DNA of 64,000 bases from the sequence record OZ035799.1; one strand, given 5' to 3'. Both the position numbers and the translations under genes were made by a program. The notes beneath the pieces were generated by a model. The model was not told the origin of the DNA. It saw nothing but the letters and a program-made list of their open reading frames with translations, and did no database searches. Shown in pieces: positions 9,065 to 19,059 of the stretch; position 1 is the stretch's first letter, and every line of letters starts with the position of its first letter. This DNA is from Justusliebigvirus alia.

Positions 9065-11644
9065 TCAGTGACAACTGGCCCATGAGTTACCAACATCGTA
9101 ACCAGCAGTGAGAGGTACATTAAGATTGTAATACTCACCAGCTTTATTAACAGCGATAGATGCTAATTCTCCAGCACGACTGTAGGCTGTAAACCAACCA
9201 CCTTTTGGAGATTCATGTACGTTAGCCCAAATCTTGCCAGTACGTTTCTCTTCCTCTTCTTTCCAAGCATTAACTTTATCCAAACATTCTTTATCAATTT
9301 TCTTTTGTTCTTCTGGATCATCAACTTGAGTCCAACCTAAAGATTCTTTAGAGAACCATTTAAAATGCACCAGATCACGAGTTACTTCAAGCTGTGCTTC
9401 ATCGTGATATGCAATCATTTGTTGAACGAATGACTTATTTTTCCAGTCATCAACAAAAAAGTCAACAGCTAATCCTTCTTCTTCGATAAGATCGTCGTAG
9501 ATAACCATTGCTCTTTTTGCACAAATAACACCACCACTCTGGAACAGAGAGTTAAGTATTGCGTGTGCAGATCGTGTAGGTACTTTTCTACCATCAATAC
9601 CAAGAATGTATTTCTTACCTGTTTTAACCCAAAAATCATGCAGACGTTCTTTAAGAAGCGCAAGAGGTTTTGCAGCTTCCCAGAAAGCATCGTATACAAG
9701 CTGTCCTGTATACATATCACTACCTATAGTTTTTGCTACTTTTGCAGCTTGAGCACCATAAGTAATACCATACTTAACAGATTTAGCAGGGCTTCGTTCA
9801 AACTTACGACCAATAGTGTCAGAAATACGTCGAGCCATCATTGTATGAACATCATTAGGTTTTTCCAACAATAGAGCATTACAATATTCGTGTGGTTCCT
9901 GCTCGTACCGCCAACAGTAGTGGGATTCTATTTTTGCCTCAAGAGAATCAAAGTCATAACCAATTTGGAAGTATTTTGGAACTTCTACACCAAATAAGTT
10001 ACGCATTTCATATCCGTACAGAGATGTTACACGTGGGATATTTGCTACTAACCTATGTTTCATACGAGATGTAGCCGCATCACACGTTGCAGCAGGAGTT
10101 GGTATACGACCATCAGCCCTTACTGCTGCCAGATAACCCTTATCGTAATCCTCTTCATCTTCTTCCCAATCAGCACCACCTCCTAGAATAGAGTTCCTAC
10201 GGTGTTTATACGTAAGATACTGCACAATCTGCGTAGCATAAGGAAACTTTTCACCCAGTGCTTCCAAGTTAGGACAAATATCTTTCTCTTGCCCTTTTGT
10301 AAAGGAAGGGTTAGTAAGCACTTTAACACCACGACCTTTAGCTTTAGCAATACGATCTCTTAGTTTCCATTCCAAAGTTTCTGGTGTGCACTCCAGATGA
10401 TCACATCTGTCCTGGCAGAAGTTAGATGCTAACGTTTGATCAACATAGTCACGAATAGCTTTCTCCATCTGTGCTTCATCTTTCTTAATCTTAGTGCCAG
10501 ATTTAAGAGTGATATCTTTATCTTTATATTCAGATGGACTCCAACCTAAACCAACTAACCAGTTTTTAATATGTGTAGTGTCGTCTAAAGTAGCAGGTAC
10601 TGTAGGATCACAAATAGGTTCTTCTGCTGGAATAGGGAGTTTAAACTCTTTACCTAATGCAAATAACCACCAACCATCTTCTTTTTGTACAAGTTCACCA
10701 GAATGTTTCTCTGCAAACTTTATCATGTTACTTGAAGGTTCACCATTCTTTTTAAACTGTAGTTTAGGTGGAATGAATGATTTCAAATAACCTTTAGTAG
10801 CAGGTTTAGGAGGTAGCACAGGTTCTGCCTCTAAACGACATGCTTCCATTCGAGCATCCAGATCACGAATATTATCTTCTGCTTGTTTCATATTGAAAGC
10901 AAAGCCACGGTGCTCTTGACGTGTAATAATATCCGCTACACGTTGTTCTAAGTTAAATGGTTCAGACCACTTATTATAATCACCCCACTCTTCCATCAAA
11001 TAACGGAACACTGCGGTGTTAGCTTTGTTATCGTAAATACAGTAATACAGCATATCTGCTGCAAATGTTTTAAATCTTTCAGTTTCAGGAATGTTTTTTC
11101 TAAAATCAATTTTAACATCCCCTCCAGCTTTTTTAGATAACTCTGCCAGACTATGACCACCGAAGCGATCAGGGTTTAGTGTCTTACTTAAGATCATAGT
11201 ATCACAAATTTCAATGTTACTATTACCCCAAGTATTGTACTTAATACTGTAGTTGAGTTTAAAAAATAATTTAATTGCCAGTAAGTCGAAGTTAATGATG
11301 TTGTGTCCAACTACTTTGGTAATTTTATAGTTTGAATTACCTTTAAATTTACCTGTTCCGTTTACAAAATCAGGAAAATCTTTAAGAGGGAAATGGGTAT
11401 ATTCTAAATGCTCATATTCCTCCAGTCGGTATTCATACTTTCCGTCAGTCTCAATATACGGACGACCATCGAAAAGATATTTATCACCATCATGGAAAGC
11501 AATAATCTCTCCAGTATCATGACTTTCGCACACAATACAGTGCATTGCAAAACTATCTTTTAAACGATATGGACTTGCCAAGTAATCTACACTTTCGTCA
11601 TTAAGCAAGTTGTTACTTTCAATGTCGAAAGTAAAAGCTCCCAT
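9065..11644 (-). CDS. DNA polymerase, family A, with 3-prime-5-prime exonuclease domain
   Basis: 859 aa; N-terminal FDIE exonuclease motif; strong AAGGAGGGAG RBS. Confidence 0.9.
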   Translation of the reverse strand: MGAFTFDIESNNLLNDESVDYLASPYRLKDSFAMHCIVCESHDTGEIIAFHDGDKYLFDGRPYIETDGKYEYRLEEYEHLEYTHFPLKDFPDFVNGTGKFKGNSNYKITKVVGHNIINFDLLAIKLFFKLNYSIKYNTWGNSNIEICDTMILSKTLNPDRFGGHSLAELSKKAGGDVKIDFRKNIPETERFKTFAADMLYYCIYDNKANTAVFRYLMEEWGDYNKWSEPFNLEQRVADIITRQEHRGFAFNMKQAEDNIRDLDARMEACRLEAEPVLPPKPATKGYLKSFIPPKLQFKKNGEPSSNMIKFAEKHSGELVQKEDGWWLFALGKEFKLPIPAEEPICDPTVPATLDDTTHIKNWLVGLGWSPSEYKDKDITLKSGTKIKKDEAQMEKAIRDYVDQTLASNFCQDRCDHLECTPETLEWKLRDRIAKAKGRGVKVLTNPSFTKGQEKDICPNLEALGEKFPYATQIVQYLTYKHRRNSILGGGADWEEDEEDYDKGYLAAVRADGRIPTPAATCDAATSRMKHRLVANIPRVTSLYGYEMRNLFGVEVPKYFQIGYDFDSLEAKIESHYCWRYEQEPHEYCNALLLEKPNDVHTMMARRISDTIGRKFERSPAKSVKYGITYGAQAAKVAKTIGSDMYTGQLVYDAFWEAAKPLALLKERLHDFWVKTGKKYILGIDGRKVPTRSAHAILNSLFQSGGVICAKRAMVIYDDLIEEEGLAVDFFVDDWKNKSFVQQMIAYHDEAQLEVTRDLVHFKWFSKESLGWTQVDDPEEQKKIDKECLDKVNAWKEEEEKRTGKIWANVHESPKGGWFTAYSRAGELASIAVNKAGEYYNLNVPLTAGYDVGNSWASCH

Positions 11645-11711
11645 TCTCCCTCCTTAAAATATTTCTAAAGTCTTAATTTGTTAATACTGTACCACAAATT
11701 AATTGTTTTGT

Positions 11712-11732
11712 AAAGGGGCTTTCGCCCCTTCT
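11712..11732 (-). terminator. stem-loop (AGGGGC-TTTC-GCCCCT)
   Basis: Perfect inverted repeat in 93-nt gap upstream of polymerase gene. Confidence 0.4.
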
Positions 11733-11737
11733 TGTTA

Positions 11738-12130
11738 TTAATTGTCAGCACTTAGTTGTACTTTAATAAGGCAATTAGGGACACCATTGGTATTTCTCAA
11801 GCCTACACGTTCGATTTTAACAGTGCCTGTCAAACCATTAAAAGTGGAAACAATGTTATTAATGTTTTCATCCTTACTAGTGATATCAAGAACAACTTTA
11901 TCACTAACATTTTTCAACATACGATCTACAAGCTCTCCCACAAAACCACTGGTAGTTTGAATGAGAAGGTATAGACAACCATCCTCAAACCACAAATGTT
12001 CACCATAAGCATAACCGTATGGTTCTAATTCCGATCCGTCTTGGAATTTAAACTTAGCAATAGTTTTCGTATAATCATACGCTAAAGCAGAAGGGGATAC
12101 CCCATAGAGGATGTTTTCGTTGTCTTTCAT
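11738..12130 (-). CDS. hypothetical protein
   Basis: 130-aa ORF; AAGGAGA RBS. Confidence 0.55.
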   Translation of the reverse strand: MKDNENILYGVSPSALAYDYTKTIAKFKFQDGSELEPYGYAYGEHLWFEDGCLYLLIQTTSGFVGELVDRMLKNVSDKVVLDITSKDENINNIVSTFNGLTGTVKIERVGLRNTNGVPNCLIKVQLSADN

Positions 12131-12141
12131 ATTTTTTCTCC

Positions 12142-13914
12142 TTAATAAGAACCAGCAGGAATATTCTCTGGGTTACTTGTGTATTGATCGTAATCGTGAA
12201 GTGTAGCTGTTTTAATCTCATAGAAGAAACTACCTGCTGCACCAGTCTCTGAGAACTCACGGTTCTTTAGAATGTAGCAATATGTGCGGTTACGTTCCAT
12301 AGGATCTTCAGCTTGTTTATCACGCTCCAGCGCAATTGTGATACCAGCACCTTTAGCAAGGAAGCTACTACCCATTGCATCATCTTCTACAATATGTTCA
12401 TTACTATTGTTAGAAGACTTTTTAACGTGTGAAATTACAACAATGGTTATTGCATACTCTTTCATAATGCGTTTCAGCCACGTCGCAAGTTCCTCTTGTT
12501 GTGACACGTCCATACCAGAAAGCAAATCAGAATAAGGGTCGATAACAAGAATGGTTACTCCGAAATAAATAATCATTTCCAGAACCTTCTCTTTAATCAC
12601 ATCTACGTTAGCTCCACGATCATCACAAACATAGAAACGTGGTGTTCCATCTTCCCGTTCGTAAAAATCACGAATCTTTTCTTCATTATCTTTTAAAATC
12701 TTTTCCTTCTCTTCTTTCGTTTTACGGTGAAGAGGGATATGCAAGAATGAAGACAGTAAGTTACGAGAATACTTCTTATACGTTGCCTCCAAAGATAAAA
12801 TACCAAGAGTATGTTCTGGGTGTGCAAGAATAATGTGTTTCGTAATCTCGTTAACCAACAGTGTCTTACCGATACTTGTTTTTGCAAGTATAACAGTAAT
12901 TTCTTCTTCTACCAAGCCTCCACCTAACATATTAGAAGCAACACGCATGAATGGAGGAAGGGTAATCATTTTAGCTTCCAGGCATTCCAAGGCTGCTTCA
13001 TACAGTACGTTAGAAGCGTAAACACCAGCAGGTGTGTATAGTTTAGCTTTGAAAAAGCGATCAATAAAATGATCAATTTTTCCTTCTACTAGTGCCTGGT
13101 TAGGATCTTTAACATCAGTTAGCTCCATCACGTAAACTTTATTACGTGGTAAGATTTTAACACATTTCTCAACTGCTGCACGTCCAGCTTCATCATTGTC
13201 CATACATAGAACAATCTTTTTAAATTGGTCTAAGAATTTATAACGATGTTGAAGCTGTTTATGCAGAGATGTTTCGCCACAAGTACCAGATACTACAGCA
13301 GGAACAGGATATTTACCACCCTTGTTATAATCTTTTAGCATCTGTGTTGCAGCCAGCATATCGTGTTCACCACCAACGATTAGAATAGTACCGCTGTGGT
13401 TACGATATTTAAACTCCCCAAAAAGATCACAATCCTTTCCTGTTTCACCGATAGGATGCGAGAAATCTTTTGGATCGATACGTTGTTTATACCCAGCAAT
13501 ATTGTAATCTTTAGTTGTAGGGTATAGTGTTGAAATTACTTCGCCAGTAGCTTCATCGTACATATAGCGTACACCGAAAGGTTTAGAGATATCTTCACGA
13601 ATACCGCGATAACCTTTTGGATTAGTTCCAGTGCTGGCTTTTAGTTTATCATGTACTTCTGGATTAAACTCACTACCCAAGATATCCTCCTCTTCAATTT
13701 CTTCGCCGTGTGCATTTAACCATTTTTGATCAGGGATAGTAAAGCCACAAGAAAAACAATGTGCGCCTCGATGGTCTTCATCGGCATCTAAGCCATATAC
13801 CATCAAATTGTTTTGTGATCGATCACGCCCTCCTTTCATACAACGAGGACACCCAGTATGTCCTTCTTGACTTAGATCAATGTTATACCCATATTTATTT
13901 ACAACATAAGACAC
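12142..13914 (-). CDS. bifunctional DNA primase-helicase (T7 gp4-like)
   Basis: 590 aa; N-terminal Cys4 zinc ribbon (CPRC...CFSCGF), C-terminal P-loop helicase; GTG start after GGAGAA. Confidence 0.85.
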   Translation of the reverse strand: MSYVVNKYGYNIDLSQEGHTGCPRCMKGGRDRSQNNLMVYGLDADEDHRGAHCFSCGFTIPDQKWLNAHGEEIEEEDILGSEFNPEVHDKLKASTGTNPKGYRGIREDISKPFGVRYMYDEATGEVISTLYPTTKDYNIAGYKQRIDPKDFSHPIGETGKDCDLFGEFKYRNHSGTILIVGGEHDMLAATQMLKDYNKGGKYPVPAVVSGTCGETSLHKQLQHRYKFLDQFKKIVLCMDNDEAGRAAVEKCVKILPRNKVYVMELTDVKDPNQALVEGKIDHFIDRFFKAKLYTPAGVYASNVLYEAALECLEAKMITLPPFMRVASNMLGGGLVEEEITVILAKTSIGKTLLVNEITKHIILAHPEHTLGILSLEATYKKYSRNLLSSFLHIPLHRKTKEEKEKILKDNEEKIRDFYEREDGTPRFYVCDDRGANVDVIKEKVLEMIIYFGVTILVIDPYSDLLSGMDVSQQEELATWLKRIMKEYAITIVVISHVKKSSNNSNEHIVEDDAMGSSFLAKGAGITIALERDKQAEDPMERNRTYCYILKNREFSETGAAGSFFYEIKTATLHDYDQYTSNPENIPAGSY

Positions 13915-13926
13915 ATGATTCTCCTA

Positions 13927-14196
13927 CTAAAATGATTCGTTTGTCTCCATAATATATTGCATTTCCAAATCTTCCATATGTTTCTTAAATTGGTAAACAA
14001 TTTCCGATGGGGAAATATCTATATCAAAAAGTTCTTTTGTACCAGAATAAAACCTAATACCATCAACAATAAGACCACCATAATAATCCCAATCACTTTC
14101 TCGTGAGAAAGGGTTAGGTTCTTCATAATAGTAATCTACTTCAACAATAATAGGTTCTTTATTATCTTGTTTATACTCAAAATCAAAAGTGTTCAT
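13927..14196 (-). CDS. hypothetical protein
   Basis: 89-aa ORF; start overlaps stop of upstream gene. Confidence 0.5.
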   Translation of the reverse strand: MNTFDFEYKQDNKEPIIVEVDYYYEEPNPFSRESDWDYYGGLIVDGIRFYSGTKELFDIDISPSEIVYQFKKHMEDLEMQYIMETNESF

Positions 14197-15140
14197 TATA
14201 AATCCTCGATAAGCAGTCTGCGGGTTTCATTTAAATCATCAATATTGTAGTTATCTCTTACATACTTAGCAAGAGCCAATCCTTTCTCAATACAAACATC
14301 AGGAGATTCGATTAAGTATTCTACAATATCTTTCCACTCTTTAACTGAATCAGCAAAGAAGATTAGATCTTTAAATTCTTCAGTATAATAGTTCTCTCGT
14401 GGCGAACAAACGAGTGGCAAACCTTTAGCACCAGCTTCAAGAATTTTTAAATTACTTTTGGCATTATTAAAATGATTATTTACTAACGGAGCTATGGAGA
14501 TTTGATGACCATCGTATGCTTCCATATAACACTCATAAGGACGAATACCTTCATAAACACAATCTGGTTGAATATCTTCTTTAATTTGCAACCATTGAGC
14601 ACTACTTAACTCTTCGTGATCTCTACGAAATCCACATAAAGTTAAATCTTTACCAAAACCAGGAAGAATAGCTAAATCATGTTTATGTGTTTCACTTCCC
14701 GCCCAAACCAGTGGACTTTTAGAATAACGGTCTTTTGTCAAAGTAAATTGACCTTCGTCGTAAGGTAGTGCGTTTCTAATAACGACAACATTACGATTTA
14801 AATGACGAATTTTGTAAGCTAGGTATTCTGTTGTTACAGTAACAACATCTGCTAACTTGACCATCTCTACGATAGTCTTTGAGTGATTAGCAAATACGCC
14901 AGCCATATAATGTTCAGGATTAAGTGAATAAAAGTCATCTAAATCAACAATAATCTTAACACCTTGTGCCTTGAGGCGTTTAACCTCGTCTGCTCCATGA
15001 GAATACACTCTATTAAAAACCAAAACGTCTTTCTTAGGTTTAAACGTATTTCCAGCAAATGGCATTACAATACGATGGTAATCACAACCACTGCCTAACT
15101 TATTATCACACTTAAGTACAGGAGTATTAGGATTTACCAT
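14196..15140 (-). CDS. glycosyltransferase (GT-B fold-like)
   Basis: Track ORF starts 15179; chosen ATG at 15140 follows GAGGAGG; KILEAGAKGLPLVCSP resembles GT1/GT4 signature. Confidence 0.5.
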   Translation of the reverse strand: MVNPNTPVLKCDNKLGSGCDYHRIVMPFAGNTFKPKKDVLVFNRVYSHGADEVKRLKAQGVKIIVDLDDFYSLNPEHYMAGVFANHSKTIVEMVKLADVVTVTTEYLAYKIRHLNRNVVVIRNALPYDEGQFTLTKDRYSKSPLVWAGSETHKHDLAILPGFGKDLTLCGFRRDHEELSSAQWLQIKEDIQPDCVYEGIRPYECYMEAYDGHQISIAPLVNNHFNNAKSNLKILEAGAKGLPLVCSPRENYYTEEFKDLIFFADSVKEWKDIVEYLIESPDVCIEKGLALAKYVRDNYNIDDLNETRRLLIEDL

Positions 15141-15813
15141 GTTTTTGAGCCTCCTCATAAGAGATAAAAGTTTTACCATTGCGAAGATCCTCCAGTGATT
15201 GTTTATATTGTTCCCAGTTTACACCAATCCCCTGTTCTTTCTCTTCTTTTGACAGATTCGCAAAAGGTAAAGGATTGTCTCCAAACACATCGTCAGGATG
15301 GATAAACGCCATAATTCGAATAGGACATGGTACGCCTTGAATACCTCGGTTCAAACCTGCCAGTGGAACGCGATGAATCCACTCTGCATCTTCATATCCA
15401 TAACCGTGGGTGTATGAGCGGAAATAGCCAGCTTTCTCAATAACTGCACGGGAATACATACCAAACTGGCACATTCCTAGCTCCCAAATAACCACTTCCC
15501 CTTCAATACCTTTTACTTTATCTTTAAAGTATTCAGGCATACCAAAGAAATCCCAACCATTTTCCTTCGCCTGTTTTACAAAATATGTTTCCCAACCTTG
15601 AACAACAGGATAGCAATCATCATCAAAAATAAACCAGTAATCATACCCTTCATCATAAAACTTTTTCATCAGTTCATTACGGGCATATGCAACACCTTTT
15701 CGTTCACGATCATACTGCACAACAAAAGTAGCATTAGGATCAGTCACAAGATAATCTTTAAGAGGACGCTTACCTACAGTAATAACACCAACACCGATTT
15801 TTGTATTTTCCAA
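15127..15813 (-). CDS. glycosyltransferase family 2-like
   Basis: 228 aa; TTG start 5 nt after AAGGAG; DxD-type FIFDDDCYP and YGYEDAEW motifs. Confidence 0.55.
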   Translation of the reverse strand: MENTKIGVGVITVGKRPLKDYLVTDPNATFVVQYDRERKGVAYARNELMKKFYDEGYDYWFIFDDDCYPVVQGWETYFVKQAKENGWDFFGMPEYFKDKVKGIEGEVVIWELGMCQFGMYSRAVIEKAGYFRSYTHGYGYEDAEWIHRVPLAGLNRGIQGVPCPIRIMAFIHPDDVFGDNPLPFANLSKEEKEQGIGVNWEQYKQSLEDLRNGKTFISYEEAQKHGKS

Positions 15814-15822
15814 AATAACTCC

Positions 15823-16386
15823 TTAAATAATTTTATTCATGTCTTGACAATGTAAAAGGTGTGAAACAGCTTTCCTAGGATCATCACTACCTAAACGGTA
15901 TGTGTGAAATAAATATAACCCACGTAATAAACCTAGCCTTTTGTTGTTAGCATGTAATGCTTTAGAGAAAATTATATCAAACTGTATTGACCTTTCCTCA
16001 AAAGGTATTTCATTCCACAGGCTCTTACGAAAGAGAAGAAAGAATCCTGCTAAGATAGCATCTGTAGGTACTTCCTCTATTGAGTTTCCCCATTCTAGAT
16101 GTGCTCTTTTTGCAATCTCAATGTGGTGTAATATATTTGGATCTTCACTTCTTTCATTATTAAATAATTGATATGTTGATCCCAATCTATTACAAGATGC
16201 ACCAAGAACATCAAAATCAGGATTTGAACGGACTATTGATTCCAACCAAGCAGGTTGTTCTGGAAGAAGAAACATTGTATCAATGTCTCTTAGGCAAATC
16301 CAACTATCTTCTGGTAAGACACTTATTGTGTCATTGATACCTTTTCCAATATCTCCAGAAAGATAGGGAGTTATGTGAAATATCAT
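15823..16386 (-). CDS. glycosyltransferase-like protein
   Basis: 187 aa; GGAGGGAG RBS; LRDIDTMF acidic motif. Confidence 0.45.
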   Translation of the reverse strand: MIFHITPYLSGDIGKGINDTISVLPEDSWICLRDIDTMFLLPEQPAWLESIVRSNPDFDVLGASCNRLGSTYQLFNNERSEDPNILHHIEIAKRAHLEWGNSIEEVPTDAILAGFFLLFRKSLWNEIPFEERSIQFDIIFSKALHANNKRLGLLRGLYLFHTYRLGSDDPRKAVSHLLHCQDMNKII

Positions 16387-16443
16387 ACTCCCTCCGTATT
16401 ATTACTTTAGCATTTTTAGACTAAAAAGTCCAAATGGTTTTAC

Positions 16444-16638
16444 CTATTGATTACGTTTTGCGAGTTCCATTTGGATAGCTAAACTGTGATCTCGTGCTTC
16501 CATATACTCTTTATATGTTTCATTAAGATGATCACGACAAACATCACGCAGTTTAATCAGTTTATCTGTAGGGATACCACTAAGATCATCCCAAGATTTT
16601 ACAACTTCACCAGTATCATTGATCCCAATGGTTTTCAT
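16444..16638 (-). CDS. hypothetical protein
   Basis: 64-aa ORF; AAGGAGG RBS. Confidence 0.5.
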   Translation of the reverse strand: MKTIGINDTGEVVKSWDDLSGIPTDKLIKLRDVCRDHLNETYKEYMEARDHSLAIQMELAKRNQ

Positions 16639-16846
16639 CTACAACCTCCTTAATTGCTACAGCACAGTTTTTGCAGATACACTGCCCTTTACCTTTAGAA
16701 ATCTGGATGTAAGGTTCATTTTCATTTTCGCCCTTACGTGAGTCATATATTACAGAATTGAAGCACACAACGCAAATATTTTTTAAGATTGTATACTTAT
16801 CAACTTTCTTTTTTGTTTTAAAGTTAACTTCAATAACATCAGCCAT
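16616..16846 (-). CDS. small zinc-ribbon protein (CVVCFN...CICKNC)
   Basis: In-frame ATG at 16846 forms ATGA overlap with upstream stop. Confidence 0.45.
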   Translation of the reverse strand: MADVIEVNFKTKKKVDKYTILKNICVVCFNSVIYDSRKGENENEPYIQISKGKGQCICKNCAVAIKEVVDENHWDQ

Positions 16847-17124
16847 CAGTGTAACACTCCCAGTATGTTGCTTTGTGACATAACCATAGAACATTCAACA
16901 TTATCGTGACTACGTGAAAAACGTTCCCAAACATCTTCATCGACTCGTAAAGCTATACAAGGATAGACGTTATCATTGATCATTTCAATTGAATAAACAT
17001 CTATATTGTCTTCGTCTTCGATGAACATCATTGCAAACTGTTCTAAATGTTTCCTAATGTAATGTACATCCTCTTCTGTAAGACCAATAACAAGATAACT
17101 TGCAACGATAACGCCATCTTTCAT
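16846..17124 (-). CDS. hypothetical protein
   Basis: 92-aa ORF; AAGGAGA RBS. Confidence 0.5.
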   Translation of the reverse strand: MKDGVIVASYLVIGLTEEDVHYIRKHLEQFAMMFIEDEDNIDVYSIEMINDNVYPCIALRVDEDVWERFSRSHDNVECSMVMSQSNILGVLH

Positions 17125-17134
17125 CTATATCTCC

Positions 17135-17644
17135 TTAGCGATAGAATTGATGTTCTTTGTAGCGGTACACTAGAACCATATCTTTTTCCCAGTGTGCTCT
17201 TATTGTAGATTTTTTAAAGTATAATGCTCCTTTTGTAATATCTAATGCAATTCGTAATTCTGGAAAATGCGTATCGAGATAAAGTAGACGTTCTGCTATA
17301 GCCTTAGCTTCCTTCCACTTATCACGTTCCATAACGTTGAATGTCTTTGTGTAAGAGAATTGTCCTTTTTGAAACAAAACTTCTTTTATAGTATCAGGGA
17401 AATATGAATCTCTAGCCCTATTTAATACTACATTACCAACAGCAGACATACCGCGCTTTCCTTGATTACGACTTTCTGCATAGATTGCACAAGCTAATAG
17501 ATTTTCTTTACTATCACGCTTTGTACACTTGTGAACTACTTTAGCAGTTTTTACGTTTGCAGCTTCGGCTTGCGCCACAACAGGTGTAAATGTAAAAGCA
17601 GTTAAGGATAGTAACGCAATTGCGACAAAGGTTTTTATTGACAA
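17135..17644 (-). CDS. secreted cell-wall hydrolase (SleB/CwlJ-like) with signal peptide
   Basis: TTG start after AGGAGG; signal peptide ending AQA; AESRNQG...AVGNVVLNR motif. Confidence 0.6.
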   Translation of the reverse strand: MSIKTFVAIALLSLTAFTFTPVVAQAEAANVKTAKVVHKCTKRDSKENLLACAIYAESRNQGKRGMSAVGNVVLNRARDSYFPDTIKEVLFQKGQFSYTKTFNVMERDKWKEAKAIAERLLYLDTHFPELRIALDITKGALYFKKSTIRAHWEKDMVLVYRYKEHQFYR

Positions 17645-17735
17645 ACTTGCCTCCTATTTTGTTAAACGAACTTTTATTGTAACACAGAAGAGGCTGTTTT
17701 GCAAGTGGAGGGGGATAATCCCCTCTTACACCCTG

Positions 17736-18338
17736 TTAGATGTTGTAAACCTTCGTATGAGTTACTACACCATCTTCTACAAAATCAATACGTTCTTGAT
17801 CCGTAACTAGTGCAGACAATACTTTAAATTTAATTGTTACACGTTCAAAAGCTGGTTGACCATCTTTAAGATAATTATGTTCAGTTGTTACTGTCTTGTT
17901 TACAAAATCAACTTTTGCTTTACCGTTTTCACGCAAGTGGAATGTTTTTCCTGCTTTATACACAATTTCAACATTACCTTCGAGAGTAATTCCTTCGAAA
18001 AGTTCACCCTCTTCTTCATTTTCTTCACTTTTGAACAGACGACGAAACTCTTCCATATCAAGATAAACAACATCTTCAGAATAACTATCAGTAAGGTATG
18101 TCTTACCATCCATTAACCCGAAATATTGCCAGATCGCAGAATAAACATCACTAGTTGATCCAAGGGTATCTCTGAGTTTAGTTCCACGGATTACTTCATA
18201 AACTTCAAAATTGAAACCAGACTGCAAAGCATTAAACAGTACATCACTAACTTCTAAAGCATAATCTTCATTGTTGTCAATATCCACAAGAAAATTGCCG
18301 CTACGAATAAGTTTTTGACCTTCTAAAGTAATACTCAT
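17736..18338 (-). CDS. hypothetical protein
   Basis: 200-aa ORF; GAGGAGAA RBS; flanked by stem-loops. Confidence 0.55.
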   Translation of the reverse strand: MSITLEGQKLIRSGNFLVDIDNNEDYALEVSDVLFNALQSGFNFEVYEVIRGTKLRDTLGSTSDVYSAIWQYFGLMDGKTYLTDSYSEDVVYLDMEEFRRLFKSEENEEEGELFEGITLEGNVEIVYKAGKTFHLRENGKAKVDFVNKTVTTEHNYLKDGQPAFERVTIKFKVLSALVTDQERIDFVEDGVVTHTKVYNI

Positions 18339-18390
18339 TGTTTTCTCCTCTTCTATTTAAAATATGCGCCCCGAAGGGCGCTATGATTTA

Positions 18391-18987
18391 TTACTCGAAC
18401 CAATCGTCGCCAGCGCCAAACGCTTTAACTACATCATAAATGTCAAGTCCAGCTTTACCTACACCATATGCTTTCAGTTTCCATTCGTTATCTTCCCGCA
18501 CCAGGGAGGCAACGTGGCAAATGGTATTACCTGCAAGTTCTGGAGCCAAGAAGTCAAAGTCCAGCAGTTCAACGTTACGTTCATCATCGAAGATTTTAAG
18601 GAAACCTTCGGTAGCGTGACCAAGGCGTTTCTTACCCGTTTCGTCATCAATAGTAATTACGAATGCAATTTCCTGTGCTTCAGCAGAGATATTATCCAGT
18701 GTAACATCAATCTGCTCCATTTGCCCTACACCGTCACGAACATCTTCACCTGCAAAAGTAGAACGTTCAGGATCAAATTTCTGTGCGTAGCATACCAAGT
18801 GGCGAGGAGACAACAGTTCCGGCAGACCAGATGCATTGTGTCGGCAAATCAGAGCACTAACATCCAGATCCAGTTTTTCGTTAGATTTCCAAGAGAATTC
18901 CAGACGAATGCGTTTCAGTGCTGGTGCAATCTTTTTCAGAGAAACTTTTTCGCTAGAACCTTTTTTCAGGGAAATTTTCTGAGTCAT
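18391..18987 (-). CDS. terD: TerD-domain protein
   Basis: 198 aa; ISLKKG start, DLDVSA, EIAFVITIDD, EWKLKAYG blocks typical of TerD family. Confidence 0.75.
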   Translation of the reverse strand: MTQKISLKKGSSEKVSLKKIAPALKRIRLEFSWKSNEKLDLDVSALICRHNASGLPELLSPRHLVCYAQKFDPERSTFAGEDVRDGVGQMEQIDVTLDNISAEAQEIAFVITIDDETGKKRLGHATEGFLKIFDDERNVELLDFDFLAPELAGNTICHVASLVREDNEWKLKAYGVGKAGLDIYDVVKAFGAGDDWFE

Positions 18988-19059
18988 AATTTATTATCTC
19001 CTTTGTTGTTAATTTACGTTGTCTATTTTACTAATCTTTTCTACAAAGTCAAGCGTTTT

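Noticed and set aside
9469-10790. Nested ORFs within the DNA polymerase gene
   Set aside because: Embedded in an 859-aa CDS with clear polymerase motifs; no independent start signals.
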